From: Phyllobates terribilis
Lineage: Eukaryota
Direction: 5' to 3'
DNA: 64,000 bases
NCBI RefSeq assembly: GCF_046119375.1
Contig: NW_027362761.1
Coordinates: forward strand, 1,155,742,001-1,155,806,000
Shown here: piece after piece, positions 1 to 11,272 of the stretch
Numbering within the stretch: position 1 is the first letter of the stretch
Layout: each line of letters begins with the position of its first letter
The notes under the pieces: generated by a model
Seen by the model: the letters and a program-made list of their open reading frames with translations, nothing else
The model's database searches: none
Told to the model about the DNA's origin: nothing
Position numbers and translations under genes: made by a program

Positions 1-336
1 TCCCAAAGCAGAAAAAAAACTATCCACTGATCTGAAGCATGTATCACTAGGTTGCAAAGAAAAGGCCCAGTCCTGAGGCTCTTTGCGCAAAAGTGACATT
101 ATGAACCCTATGCGCTGGGATTCATCCCCAGAGGACTTGGGTCTCAAACGAAAATACAATAAGCAAGCATTTTTAAATGAAAAAAATTCTCGGTGTTCAC
201 CAAAAAATAAATCCGGCAAACATACCTTAGGCTCCAAGAAATGTGCTCCAGGATAGTTACTCACGTGCTGACGGAGCTCGGCCACCTCCAGAGAGAGTCC
301 CTGCAGGCGATGAGCCAAATCCTGAACCGACACCAT
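1..336 (-). CDS. gag: Ty3/Gypsy (Tf1/sushi-like) Gag N-terminus, runs off window start
   Basis: Manual translation from ATG at 336: MVSVQDLAHRLQGLSLEVAELRQHV...EPKVCLPDLFFGEHREFFSFKNACLLYFRLRPKSSGDESQRIGFIMSLLRKEPQDWAFSL..., 112 codons with no stop. Resembles sushi/PEG10/RTL-type gag. Not in the ORF track because it lacks a stop in the window. Confidence 0.85.
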   Translation of the reverse strand, partial: MVSVQDLAHRLQGLSLEVAELRQHVSNYPGAHFLEPKVCLPDLFFGEHREFFSFKNACLLYFRLRPKSSGDESQRIGFIMSLLRKEPQDWAFSLQPSDTCFRSVDSFFSALG

Positions 337-373
337 GATGGAACAGAAAAATCTTTCCTTAGAGAATTTGCAG

Positions 374-382
374 GCTGGACTT
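374..382 (-). promoter_or_regulatory. Self-priming-type primer binding site (AAGTCCAGC on element strand)
   Basis: Lies 2 nt after the LTR end, no tRNA 3'-end match; exact complement GCTGGACTT occurs in the LTR (plus 710-718) about 25 nt downstream of a TATTTAA box (plus ~744-750). Confidence 0.65.
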
Positions 383-384
383 AC

Positions 385-2064
385 TGTTATGTTCTGCTAC
401 CAGAGCTAAGGAAAGAGAGGAGATCTGTCCCTACGATAGAACTCAGCTGAATCCCTACGATGTAACAGGGAACCTGATCCTGCGATCAGACCTGCTAAAG
501 TCCTAAGCTAGTCTGTACGGAGACCTATAGATGTGGGGAAGGAATCCCTACAAGTACTAAGGACTGGGAGGAAAATGGGACACCTCCTAACAGAAACAGT
601 AGCAGACAGACAAACAAACAAAATATAAAGAACAAAGAGGTCCGTAGACCAAGCAAACTAACAGAGTTAGATACAGAGCACAGGCTAGCTAGAAAGTAGT
701 TATACAATGAAGTCCAGCAAAGCCAGAAGGGCGGAGCAGGATTAAATAGGCCAACAAGGTCATGTGACTGTAGCACCCCGGGGACTCGGCTGCTACAGGA
801 GTATTGCACCTCAAACCAGAGGTGTGGTATTCCACTCCCGGGTAAGGATGGAGTGTGGGACAGAGCTCAGATAGCTGCTTGCACTACACTCACCCCATTT
901 CCGGGGGACAGAACAACGGTACTCCCACCAGATAGTTGTGCAGGTACGACAGCGTCTGTCCCTGGCTGGAGTGGGGGGGGGGGAGGAACATCCCAGTAGT
1001 GTAGGAGCAGATAGGGGAGGGACTCTGGGCATTGGTAGGAGCCCATTGGGTGCTAGTCACCTGGGCTCGGGTGTCAGAGGGAGTATATAAGGTGGGCACC
1101 ATCTTGGATTAGGGAGTCGAGTCTGAGGAGAAGCTGAGGGAGAGTTCAGCCAGAGAGGGCTGACAGGGAGCTGTGGCTCCGTCTGGGCCCAGCTCCAGAG
1201 CCAGGCCTGAAGCAGAGAGACGCAGAGAAAGGCCCAGAGACGAAAGCATAGAGGGAACCCTGAGATCCCACGAGAGAACCAAAACGGGTGAAGGGTTGGC
1301 AGAGAAGGGTACCGGATCCCAAACTGGTGGAGGTCAATCATCCTTAGCCAGGAACCGGAGGTCGTGGTCAAGCTTTGGCACGACCCCTCGCCACATCCAC
1401 CAGGAAGGTACGCCACATAGGGTCAGGAAAGCCGGAGAGAGGTTTTGCCCCATAAGGCCCGAGGAAGCCGGACATAGGTGGGTCCCTGGTGAGGACGGCC
1501 AGTAGGAAGGAAGAGAGGGGAGCTCTGGACCACGCTCTGGAATCGCCTGGGAGTTGGCCGAGTCCCTGACCTGGTGGACGCAGCACGGCTCGGGTGGTCC
1601 TACTGTGCACAAGGATCTGATAAAGAACTGTGAGTAAAGCTTTTGAAACTGCACTTCCCGCCTCTGTGTTCCTGCCGTCACACCTGCACCCTCAGTACTG
1701 GGACACCCGCACCATCACTCCCATCATCATCTCTAACAGATCTGCCCTGAGGCCATACTCCTCCCGTGGGGAGTCATCTCATTCTCAGCTGCACAAACAA
1801 CACCGGCCTCAGCGGACTGCCGTGCAGCGGCGGTCCCGTGACCGCAATCCACGGGTGGCATAGTCGAACATTCTAACATCTACTGCTATAGACTGCCACT
1901 CAGTTTGACTCCCTGGGCACGGACCGGGTCACCGCCACGAGACTACTACCCCCATCTGATCCGGCTCCGGGTAAGCCCCCGTGCGCGCGATGCCGCGCGA
2001 CGCAGCAGGCCCAGGGGCGCGTCATGACCAGCAAAGGAAAAAACCTAAGAGCAAGGTTCTAACA
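385..2064 (-). mobile_element. 5' LTR (~420 bp) of the sushi-like Gypsy element, split by a nested solo LTR at 769-2024
   Basis: TGTTA...TAACA termini; homologous (reverse complement) to solo LTR 43821-44252; directly upstream of gag. Confidence 0.85.
769..2024 (+). mobile_element. Solo LTR, Gypsy tRNA-Ser-primed lineage
   Basis: TGTAGCACCCC...GGCGCGTCA; 4-bp TSD TGAC (765-768 / 2025-2028); TATA-like TATATAA ~1084; AGTAAA ~1635. Confidence 0.9.
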
Positions 2065-3680
2065 GCTGCTCCGTCTTGCGTGGCGGCGGTTGCGGGCGCA
2101 CCATCGGGGCTGTCAGCCTGGTCAGCGACGTCGGGCTGTTGCTGCAACATCTTGGCGCCCCCCTAGTGAACCGTGGCCTACCTTCCTTCTGTAGGCCGCA
2201 GCTCCGCAGGCGGACCTTGCGTCGCTTACGTTCCACATCAGAGCGTTCGCTTGGGCTTCCTGCCAGGACCTGACGCTGCGTCAGTGCGTGGGGCGTGTCC
2301 TCGACTTCGCGCGCTTTCAGCGGTTATGCCCTCTAGTTTTCCCACGGTTACGCCCTTCTTCTCGCATGGCGACCGGAAAGATGGCGGCCAATGGCGGGAA
2401 ACTCCAGAAAATGGCGGGAAAAGCTTCACCACTGTGAGTTTTTTACAGTTTCTTAAGGCGCACAGTACCCGGTGGCAACGGGCACAACTCCTTCTGTTGT
2501 CGCGAGCACGCAATCCTGTTCGTGACGCCAGTGAGAGAGATGTGGCACCCAGGGGATGGGGACTACTCGGCGCCCGGGCCTTAATGCCTGGCCTTGGGGG
2601 ATGTCGCAGTGGTCGGCTCCGGGGCCCGTACCCTGGGGTCTCTCTTAAAAAAAAGGGGTTAAATGGAAAATGAAAGTTCGTGACGCCACCTGTGGTGTCT
2701 GGTGAGGACCACCAGCGCTGCGGCAGTCCACTGAGGCCGGTGTTACGGCAGCTATGATGGGGTAGCTCCCCACAGGTGGAGCTAGGCCTCAGGGCAGCGG
2801 TGTTCGGTAAGGTGCACTATATGGCGGTGACCCAGCCAGGTCCAAGGAAAAAATGGGAGACACACTCACGTTTGGCTTCAGTACCTTTTTACTGGTGGAG
2901 TTGCGGTACCGCCCGGAGCACTGTAGGATGAGGGGTGCACTGCAGGTCTCTCCCCAGTGAGCAGGTATAGGGCCTCCTGTATCCTTGCCGCTTGTGTAGT
3001 TTATGGCCTGTCTGAAACTAGGTCTAACTTAGTCCTTGTGTTGCGCCGGCTGACCTGGTGTTAGGGCCTTTTGCTGAAGAGCACGCTCCTGGTATGGCGG
3101 AGCCTCCGTGCCTCCTGGTCCTGTTACGTGTCAGCTCCTGGGCTATCCTGAGACCTGAAGTCTTCCAGGAAAGATTCGGTTGTTTTCCACAGAGGGTATA
3201 CTGCTCTGCAGACTCGGAGCCGGTGTCCGGTATATTTCTGGAGTGAGCTTATGAAGCTTCTCGGTCCCCGATGCTACTGTTCCACTAGCCTTCGGCCTAC
3301 TCTGGGCCCTCACTAGGCTATTCACACTGGCAGTAAGCTGGCTGCCTCTTCTGCCGCTCTTTAGAGCATCGGCAACGCTCCTAGCTGTCTCTCTCTGAGC
3401 TGCTTGCAGCAGACTCCAAACAACTCCTCTCAGCAGAAACCTGCTGAGTCACTAACCTTCTGTGTCTCAGCAGAGACTCCTGACTGGACTCACTCCTTAG
3501 ACAACTGACTGAACTTCCTCTCTTCCTGCCTCCACCCTCCTTTATATATTCACTAAAGGGCTCCCTCTGGTGGTTCTGAGGTAGGGTGGAGGTGTGTGTA
3601 TGCTCTGAGGGCCTCTTGTGGAGAAAACCTGAAATGCACCCCCCTTTGGTCTCTGACTCCATGCAGAGCAGGGCGTCACA
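2065..3680 (-). mobile_element. Gypsy element 5' end: LTR 2541-3680, PBS, leader and first 28 codons of a probable gag (ATG 2150), interrupted by the sushi-like element
   Basis: TGTGACGCCC...GGGTGCCACA LTR, PBS 10 nt downstream, GCCAAGATG start; inserted into the left arm of hAT copy 1 (3681 matches 22739 onward in copy 2). Confidence 0.85.
2512..2530 (-). promoter_or_regulatory. PBS complementary to tRNA-Ser(CGA) 3' end
   Basis: Plus strand AATCCTGTTCGTGACGCCA matches the 3' end (with CCA) of vertebrate tRNA-Ser(CGA) as recalled; not database-checked. Confidence 0.8.
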
Positions 3681-4030
3681 ATTGCAGTCCTTTTAAGGAC
3701 TAGGTTACAGCATTTCCTACGACTTTTATCAGGCAGGTCTGTGCTCTTAAATAGATAGGTTGGGAGTAAAGACTAATTGTAATTGCAGTCCTTTTCAGGA
3801 CTAAGTTACATCAGTTCCTATCAGTTTTTGCAAGGCAGGTCTGTACCAGTGCTGTGCAAGTTTTTTTCACAGCATTTGGCTAAATCTAGCAAAGCTAATC
3901 CTTTTTGGCCTATTGCAGAGTGTGTTAGTCAGTGGAGTAGCCTATCTGTGTTGCAAGCTACACCACCTGTGTATAGAATACCAATTTTTTTACTGCACCT
4001 AGTGAAGTAAAACCTTTTGGGCATAGCATC

Positions 4031-5638
4031 ATTCTATTAGTCCATCTATACTGACCTCCATCAGTTTGCAAATTGAATATAATTTTTTTCAGCATCTAGC
4101 TCTGAAAAAATATTTGGGCTTCTAGCAGTGTGTGGGACTTGGTCTATTAGTCCATCTATACTGACCTCCATCAGGTTGCAAATTGAATATAATTTTTTTC
4201 TGCATCTAGCTCTGAAAAAATATTTGGGCTTCTAGTAGTGTGTGGGACTTGGTCTATTAGTCCATCTATACTGACCTCCATCAGGTTGCAAATTGAATAT
4301 AATTTTTTTCTGCATCTAGCTCTGAAAAAATATTTGGCCATCTAGCAGTGTGTGGGACTTGTTCTATTAGTCCATCTATACTGACCTCCATCAGGTTGCA
4401 AATTAAAAATAATTTTTATCTGCATCTAGCTCTGAAAAAATATTTGGGCTTCTAGCAGTGTGTGGGACTTGTTCTATTATTCCATCTATACTGACCTCCA
4501 TCAGGTTGCAAATTGAATATAATTTTTTTCTGCATCTAGCTCTGAAAAAATATTTGGGCTTCTAGCAGTGTGTGGGACTTGGTCTATTAGTCCATCTATA
4601 CTAACCTCCATCAGGTTGCAAATTGAATATAATTTTTTTCTGCATCTAGCTCTGAAAAAATATTTGGCCTTCTAGCAGTGTGTGGGACTTGTTCTATTAG
4701 TCCATCTATACTGACCTCCATCAGGTTGCAAATTAAAAATATTTTTTATCTGCATCTAGCTCTGAAAAAATATTTGGGCTTCTAGCAGTGTGTGGGACTT
4801 GTTCTATTAGTCCATCTATACTGACCTCCATCAGGTTGCAAATTGAATATAATTTTTTTCTGCATCTAGCTCTGAAAAAATATTTGGGCTTCTAGCAGTG
4901 TGTGGGACTTGGTCTATTAGTCCATCTATACTGACCTCCATCAGGTTGCAAATTGAATATAATTTTTTTCTGCATCTAGCTCTGAAAAAATATTTGGCCT
5001 TCTAGCAGTGCGTGGGACTTGTTCTATTATTCCATCTATACTGACCTCCATCAGGTTGCAAATTAAAAATAATTTTTACTTGCATCAAGCTCTGAAAAAA
5101 TATTTGGGCTTCTAGCAGTGTGTGGGACTTGTTCTATTAGTCCATCTATACTGACCTCCATCAGGTTGCAAATTGAATATAATTTTTTTCTGCATCTAGC
5201 TCTGAAAAAATATTTGGGCTTCTAGCAGTGTGTGGGACTTGGTCTATTAGTCCATCTATACTGACCTCCATCAGGTTGAAAATTAAAAATTATTTTTATC
5301 TGCATCTAGCTCTGAAAAAATATTTGGCCTTCTAGCAGTGTGTGGGACTTGTTCTATTAGTCCATCTATACTGACCTCCATCTGGTTGCAAATTAAAAAT
5401 AATTTTTATCTGCATCTAGCTCTGAAAAAATATTTGGCCTTCTAGCAGTGTGTGGGACTTGTTCTATTAGTCCATCTATACTGACCTCCATCAGGTTGCA
5501 AATTCAAAATAATTTTTTGTCTGCATCTAGCTCTGAAAAAATATTTGGCCTTCTAGCAGTGTGTGGGACTTGTTCTATTAGTCCATCTATACTGACCTCC
5601 ATCAGGTTGCAAATTGAATATAATTTTTTTCTGCATCT
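4031..5638 (+). repeat. 110-bp tandem array (~14.6 units) upstream of hAT transposase
   Basis: TCTATTAGTCCATCTATACTGACC recurs at 4033, 4143, 4253, 4363... with period 110. Confidence 0.97.
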
Positions 5639-5755
5639 AACCCAGACGATAGTTTTGGCCTAATACCACAGTTTGGCCACTCAGCTCTGCTCGGTTCCCA
5701 TCCATTGTTTTTTTGTGCAAACAACTCCAGAGTTGTGAATTAGTTAACCACCAAA

Positions 5756-8700
5756 ATGAGTGGAAAAAGGCCTGCTGCTGGTGGAAAGGGGAATAGGCGT
5801 GTTGGGAAGGGGAAAAAAGGTTGTGTCCGTGGGGTAGGTGTTAAAGCAACACTAACATCTGCAGAAGAAAGACCATCTTCCAGCCAAACTAAAATGTCTA
5901 CTTCTTTTAGCGGACAATGTGATAAGATCCCTTTCTTACGGCCACGCCAATCGCTACAAATTCCAGATGAGGCACAAAAACAGCAGGTGCTTCAACGGAT
6001 ATCAATCTCCAGCTGCCCGTCTGAGTATGAGGTAGAACAGATGGTTGAGTCTGCAGAGCTGTTTACTCATACTATAGCCTGGGAATCAGAGGTCGGCTCC
6101 AGCGCTTCTGTGAATCCAGACGAGGAAATGATCTGCACTGATGCCCAGAATCTTTATGAGTCGGATCCAGGACCAGACGCAGAAGGTTCTGAACATAATG
6201 TAGACCCTCATTCCCAAACTGTAACTCCTGTTGGTGGAGACAATGAGGAAGACGATGATGAGACTCAAATACCTGATTGGAGTGACAACTTTAGTTTTTT
6301 CTCAGGGCAGGAACAGGTTGGCTCTGAGGACGACGGGTGTGATAACACACAGGGTGATGAATATGAGGTTGGAGATTCCACTTACTGTCAACCCACAGTC
6401 AGCCAAGAGATGAGGTCAGCAGAGGAGGTGGAGGAGGATGCTAGTGACGACGAGGTCAGGTTGCGCCTTCCTGGACAGAGACATAGTACTGGAAGCACGT
6501 CAACAACTGCATCCTCAAACACAACTCTGCCTCTCACCACAAGTCGTGGTGGCTCTTCAGGTCGCATGGGTGCTAAGCCTTGCATAGCCTGGGCATTTTT
6601 TCAGATCGATAAAGATGACCCAACTCGTGCTACCTGTAACATTTGTCAACAAAAGCTAAGTAGAGGCCAAAAAATACATAGTTTGAGTACTTCATGCATG
6701 AACCGGCACATGGACATGAAGCATAAGTTGCAGTGGGAAGCTCACTGTGCTACAATGCGGCCTAGCCGGCCGGGCCAACCGCCATCTGCCCCATCTTGTG
6801 CATCTACGGCCTCTTCATCCTCTGTGACTCTGGGGACAGCAGTCACACCTGTTTTGGGACGCAAACCTGCCACCTCTTTACCCGCAACAGCCAGCCTGAT
6901 TGGCAGGTCATCATTTTCTTTGGAGGTGGTAACACCAGCTGGTGTTGAGCGCTGTCCGACATCGATAGCACCACCTTTGGATCAAGGCAACCTAACATGT
7001 CCGCCTGCATCTTCCTCACAGACCGGCAGTTTGCCGGAGACACCCTTATCAACCCCGTCTAAGCACAACAGCCAGCCCTCAGTCCCTCAGATGTGGACAA
7101 GTAAAAGACCATTTCCTCCTAGCCATGAGAAAGCTAAGAGGTTGAATTTCACCATCTGCAAGCTCTTGGCTACAGAAATGCTGCCTTTCCGCCTGGTGGA
7201 CACAGAGGATTTTCGAGACCTTATGTCCGTCGCAGTGCCCCAGTACCAGATGCCCAGTCGGCACTACTTCTCAAAGAAAGGTGTGCCTGCGCTCCACCAG
7301 CATGTCGCACACAACATCACCGCTTCTTTGAGAAACTCTGTGTGTGACAGGGTGCATTTCACCACAGACACTTGGACGAGTAGGCATGGACAGGGGCGTT
7401 ACATGTCACTGACTGGGCACTGGGTAACTATGGTGACAGCAGGACAAGGGGCTGCTGTCCAAGTCTTGCCGTCCCCACGAGTTGTGCGTCAATCCTCTTT
7501 ATGTCAAAGTTCCTCCACTGCTTCTGCCTCCTCAACCTCCTCTCGGTCCTCCACCTGCACCCAAAGCCTGTCTGGTCATGCCACAAGCTTTCCAACTGCG
7601 CAGAAGGGATCCTGCACACCTCCTTACTATGCTGGCAGTAGGGCTCAACGTCATCAGGTGGTTTTTACTTTGAAATGTCTGGGAAATGTGAGTCACACAG
7701 CTGAGGAGTTGTGGTCAACTCTGGAGAACCAATTTCATGAATGGTTGTCTCCACTGGACCTGAAACCAGGGAAGGCCGTGTGCGACAATGCTGCAAAACT
7801 GGGTGCGGCCCTTCGCCGGGGCAATGTCACACACGTGCCTTGTATGGCTCACGTGTTGAACCTGGTTGTCCAGCAATTTTTAGCCCACTATCCCGGACTA
7901 GATGGCCTTCTGCAGAGGGCACGGTCGCTGTGTGCTCACTTCCGCCGTTCGCATCCCGCAGCTCAGCGACTTACATCTCTACAGAAGTCGTTGGGCCTGC
8001 CACTTCACAGGCTAAAATGCGATGTGCCTACCCGGTGGAATTCAACTCTGCACATGTTGCAGCGACTGTGGCAGCACCGACAAGCCCTGGTGCAATACGT
8101 TCTGACGTATAGCCTGGGCCAACGAGATCCAGAGGTGGGGCAAAACACGCTGGAGGAGTGGTCTCAGATCAGGGACCTATGCACCCTTCTGCACAGTTTT
8201 GAAATGGCGACGAAGATGTTTAGTGCTGACGATGCCATTATCAGCATGACTATTCCGGTGATTTACATGCTGGAGCACATGTTAAACAGAATTCGGAGTC
8301 AGGTGGTGGCACAAGAGGAGGTGGAGGAAGTAGAGGAGGAGGAGTTGTATGCGGAAGGGCTAACATCTGCAAGGTCCAGACGGTCGGCAGCACCAAGGCG
8401 GCAGGCATGTGAGGGTGGGGGAGATGGTTTTACCAGGGCGCATGGTAGCAGCCAAACTAGTGAGGAAGGTGCAGGAGCCCAGGAAGAAGTGGAGGACGAA
8501 CTGATGGAAGACTCATCAGATGAGGGAGACCTTGATCACATTTCTGTTGTGCGAGGTTGGGGGGAGAGGACAGAGGAAGGAAGCATGATTGTTACCTCGC
8601 CACCAACACAACAGGGACTTGGTGCTCCTGGATGCGCAAGACACATGAGTGCCTTCTTGCTGCACTACCTGCAACATGACCCTCGAATTGTGAGAATTAG

Positions 8701-9352
8701 AAATAATCCTGACTACTGGGCTGCCACACTGTTAGATCCCCGGTACAAAATTAAATTTGCAGAAATTATTCCTGCCATAGAAAGGGATGCACGCATGCAG
8801 GAGTATCAGCAGAGACTGTTGCAGAATCTTACATGTGCTTTTCCACAAAACACCAGTGGTGCACGTAGTGAATCTCACAGTTCCAACTTGCCAACCGTGG
8901 GACCGTCGAGTGTTCAGCACTCAAACCGTAACAGAAACACAGTATCTGCTGGTAACATCAATTTTGCGGAATCATTTCACCACTTTTTTAGCCCATCCTT
9001 TGCAAGGCCACAGGAGACAAGAAGTCTGACACATAGTCAACGCCTAGAGACAATGGTACAGGAGTATCTCCAAGTAAACATTGAAGCCATGACTGTGTCA
9101 CTGGACCCTTGCTCTTTTTGGGCTTCCAATCTGGATAAATGGCCGGAGCTCGCCACTTACGCCTTGGAGATCTTGTCATGCCCCGCAGCCAGCGTTCTGT
9201 CTGAACGTGTGTTCAGCGCTGCTGGTGGTGTGCTGACAGATAAGAGCACGCGGCTTTCCACTGATAATGTAGACAGACTCACGTTCATAAAGATGAACAA
9301 ATCATGGATCCGAAACGACTTTTCTACCCCTGTGTCATCCTGGGGAGACTAA
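5756..9352 (+). CDS. hAT (Ac/ZBED-like) transposase, 1198 aa, open frame
   Basis: BED finger (AWAFF...CNIC...RHMDMKH), catalytic motifs FTTDTWTS, CDNA, CMAH, TRWNST, SERVFS, and C-terminal dimerization domain WPELATYALEILSCPAAS. Confidence 0.95.
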   Translation: MSGKRPAAGGKGNRRVGKGKKGCVRGVGVKATLTSAEERPSSSQTKMSTSFSGQCDKIPFLRPRQSLQIPDEAQKQQVLQRISISSCPSEYEVEQMVESAELFTHTIAWESEVGSSASVNPDEEMICTDAQNLYESDPGPDAEGSEHNVDPHSQTVTPVGGDNEEDDDETQIPDWSDNFSFFSGQEQVGSEDDGCDNTQGDEYEVGDSTYCQPTVSQEMRSAEEVEEDASDDEVRLRLPGQRHSTGSTSTTASSNTTLPLTTSRGGSSGRMGAKPCIAWAFFQIDKDDPTRATCNICQQKLSRGQKIHSLSTSCMNRHMDMKHKLQWEAHCATMRPSRPGQPPSAPSCASTASSSSVTLGTAVTPVLGRKPATSLPATASLIGRSSFSLEVVTPAGVERCPTSIAPPLDQGNLTCPPASSSQTGSLPETPLSTPSKHNSQPSVPQMWTSKRPFPPSHEKAKRLNFTICKLLATEMLPFRLVDTEDFRDLMSVAVPQYQMPSRHYFSKKGVPALHQHVAHNITASLRNSVCDRVHFTTDTWTSRHGQGRYMSLTGHWVTMVTAGQGAAVQVLPSPRVVRQSSLCQSSSTASASSTSSRSSTCTQSLSGHATSFPTAQKGSCTPPYYAGSRAQRHQVVFTLKCLGNVSHTAEELWSTLENQFHEWLSPLDLKPGKAVCDNAAKLGAALRRGNVTHVPCMAHVLNLVVQQFLAHYPGLDGLLQRARSLCAHFRRSHPAAQRLTSLQKSLGLPLHRLKCDVPTRWNSTLHMLQRLWQHRQALVQYVLTYSLGQRDPEVGQNTLEEWSQIRDLCTLLHSFEMATKMFSADDAIISMTIPVIYMLEHMLNRIRSQVVAQEEVEEVEEEELYAEGLTSARSRRSAAPRRQACEGGGDGFTRAHGSSQTSEEGAGAQEEVEDELMEDSSDEGDLDHISVVRGWGERTEEGSMIVTSPPTQQGLGAPGCARHMSAFLLHYLQHDPRIVRIRNNPDYWAATLLDPRYKIKFAEIIPAIERDARMQEYQQRLLQNLTCAFPQNTSGARSESHSSNLPTVGPSSVQHSNRNRNTVSAGNINFAESFHHFFSPSFARPQETRSLTHSQRLETMVQEYLQVNIEAMTVSLDPCSFWASNLDKWPELATYALEILSCPAASVLSERVFSAAGGVLTDKSTRLSTDNVDRLTFIKMNKSWIRNDFSTPVSSWGD

Positions 9353-9400
9353 AAGCTTGATGATTGGTTGAAATCACCTCACCAACCATTTTAAGCTTTC

Positions 9401-9780
9401 AAATTACTAATCATGTTTATCTGTATGTTGGCTGGAAAATAATTTGGGCTTTGTAGCAGTGTGCAGTACTGATTCTATTAGGCCATCTATACTAAGCTCC
9501 ACCAAATTTAAAATTACTAATCATGTTTATCTGTATCTTGGCTGGAAAATAATTTGGGCTTTGTAGCAGTGTGCAGTACTGATTCTATTAGGCCATTTAT
9601 ACTAAGCTCCACCAGATTTAAAATTACTAATCATGTTTATCTGTATCTTGGCTGGAAAATAATTTGGGCTTTGTAGCAGTGTGCAGTACTGATTCTATTA
9701 GGCCATCTATACTAAGCTCCACCAGATTTAAAATTAATAATAATTTTTAGCTGCATCTAGCCTGGAAAATAATTTTGGGG
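9401..9780 (+). repeat. Diverged 110-bp repeat variant (~3.4 units) downstream of transposase
   Basis: TCATGTTTAT at 9411, 9521, 9631; shares TTTGGGCT..TAGCAGTGTG and TTCTATTAG.CCATCTATACT with the upstream array. Confidence 0.9.
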
Positions 9781-9784
9781 CTCC

Positions 9785-9897
9785 GAGATGCGCAAGACAC
9801 ATAAGTGCCTTCTTGCTGCACTACCTGTAACATGACCCTCAGATTGTCAGAATTCGAAGTAATCCTGACTACTGGGTTGCCACACTCTTAGATCCCC
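9785..9897 (+). pseudogene. Diverged duplicate fragment of hAT transposase (paralogous to 8630-8742); continues at 11273-11345 (paralogous to ~8830-8900)
   Basis: GATGCGCAAGACACAT..GTGCCTTCTTGCTGCACTACCTG and ACATGTGCTTTTCCACAAAACACCAGTGG repeated with mismatches. Confidence 0.85.
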
Positions 9898-9899
9898 CA

Positions 9900-11272
9900 C
9901 ACTCTTCGATCAACCTTTTCATTTTAATAAAGACCAAAAAAATGGTCATTTTTGAAATTATAAGCATTAGCAGGTTATTAGAAACTGAAATCAAACAGTT
10001 TTCAACTCAAAACTTTATTCTAGGTTATGTTACATTTGCACATAGGACCCCTTGTTCGAAAGGAGCTTCTGAACTCTCTCATCCATTGAATTTGTCAGGT
10101 TTTGGATGGTTTCTGCTTCAATTGTTTTGCATGAGGACAGAATACCCTCCCAGAGCTGTTGCTTAGATGTGAACTGCCTCCCGCCATCATAGACACTCCT
10201 TTTGATGATGCTCCAGAGGTTCTGAATGGGGTAGAGGTCAGGGGAGCATGGGGGTCACACCATAAGTTTGTCCCCTTTTATGCCCATATCAGCCAGAGAT
10301 GCAGATGTGTTATGTGCAGCATGGGACGGTGCATTATCATGCATGAAAATGATGTTGCTGTGGAATACACGGTTCTTCTTCTTGAACCATGGCAGGAAGT
10401 GCTCTGTTTGAGAAACTCCACATACATTATGGAGTTCATCTTTACCCCTTCAGGGATCCTAAAGGGGCCGACAATCTCTCTCCCCATGATTCCAGCCCAA
10501 AACATTACTCCACCTCCTCCTTGTTGGCGCTGTAGCCGTGTTTGCATGGGGTGTCCATCAACCAGCTATCCTCCACTCCATCCATCTGGACCATCGAGCG
10601 TTGCACGGCACTCATCCGTGAACAAAACAGTTTGGAAGTCACTCTTCATGTATTGTTTGGCCCACTGGAGCCCTTTCTGCTTGTGTGCAGTGGATAGAGG
10701 AGGTCGACAGGATGACGTACGCACAGCTGCAAACCTCTGAAGGACCCTGGATCATGTTGTTCGGGGGACGTTGGAGGCACCAGCAGCTTCAAAAACTTGT
10801 CTGCTGCTATGACAAGGCTTTTTTGCCGCTGCTCTTTTAACCTGACGTAATTGCCTGTAGGAAAGAGTCCTCAATTTGCCCTTATCAGCACGCACACGTG
10901 TGTACTGTGAATCAGCTACATACTTCTTGATTGCCAAGACTCTTCATCCTGATCATCGCACAATGTTGATTGTAGTCATGCCTTGACCTAAACACTCCAC
11001 AATTTGTTGCTTCTCAGCAGCCGACACATCCTTTTCCTTTCCCATTTTGGCAGAAAATGTAGGCTGCTTAATAATGTGGGACAGCCTTCTTAAGTAGTCT
11101 TGCCTTTCATTGGACACACCTGCCAAACTAATTAGCACAGGTGTCTGCAATTGCTTACAGTGATATAAAGAGCCCTGACACACATCACCATCAATGAGTT
11201 TAACTGACAAACAAACAAATTCTTCCCTTATCACTCCTAAACACTTTTTGCATAATAATTTGGAACACAGTG
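9900..11272 (-). mobile_element. Tc1-family element with disrupted DD34E transposase (~11045-10030), one TIR retained
   Basis: Fragments MGKEKDVSAAEKQQIVECL, VLFTDE, GGGGVMFWAG, MHDNAPSH; stops and frameshifts; TIR CACTGTGTTCCAAATTATTATGC ends at 11272 followed by TA. Confidence 0.9.

Noticed and set aside
4031-5638. CRISPR-like appearance of the 110-bp arrays (also 23091-24588)
   Set aside because: The whole unit repeats with no unique spacers, no cas genes are present, and the context is eukaryotic.
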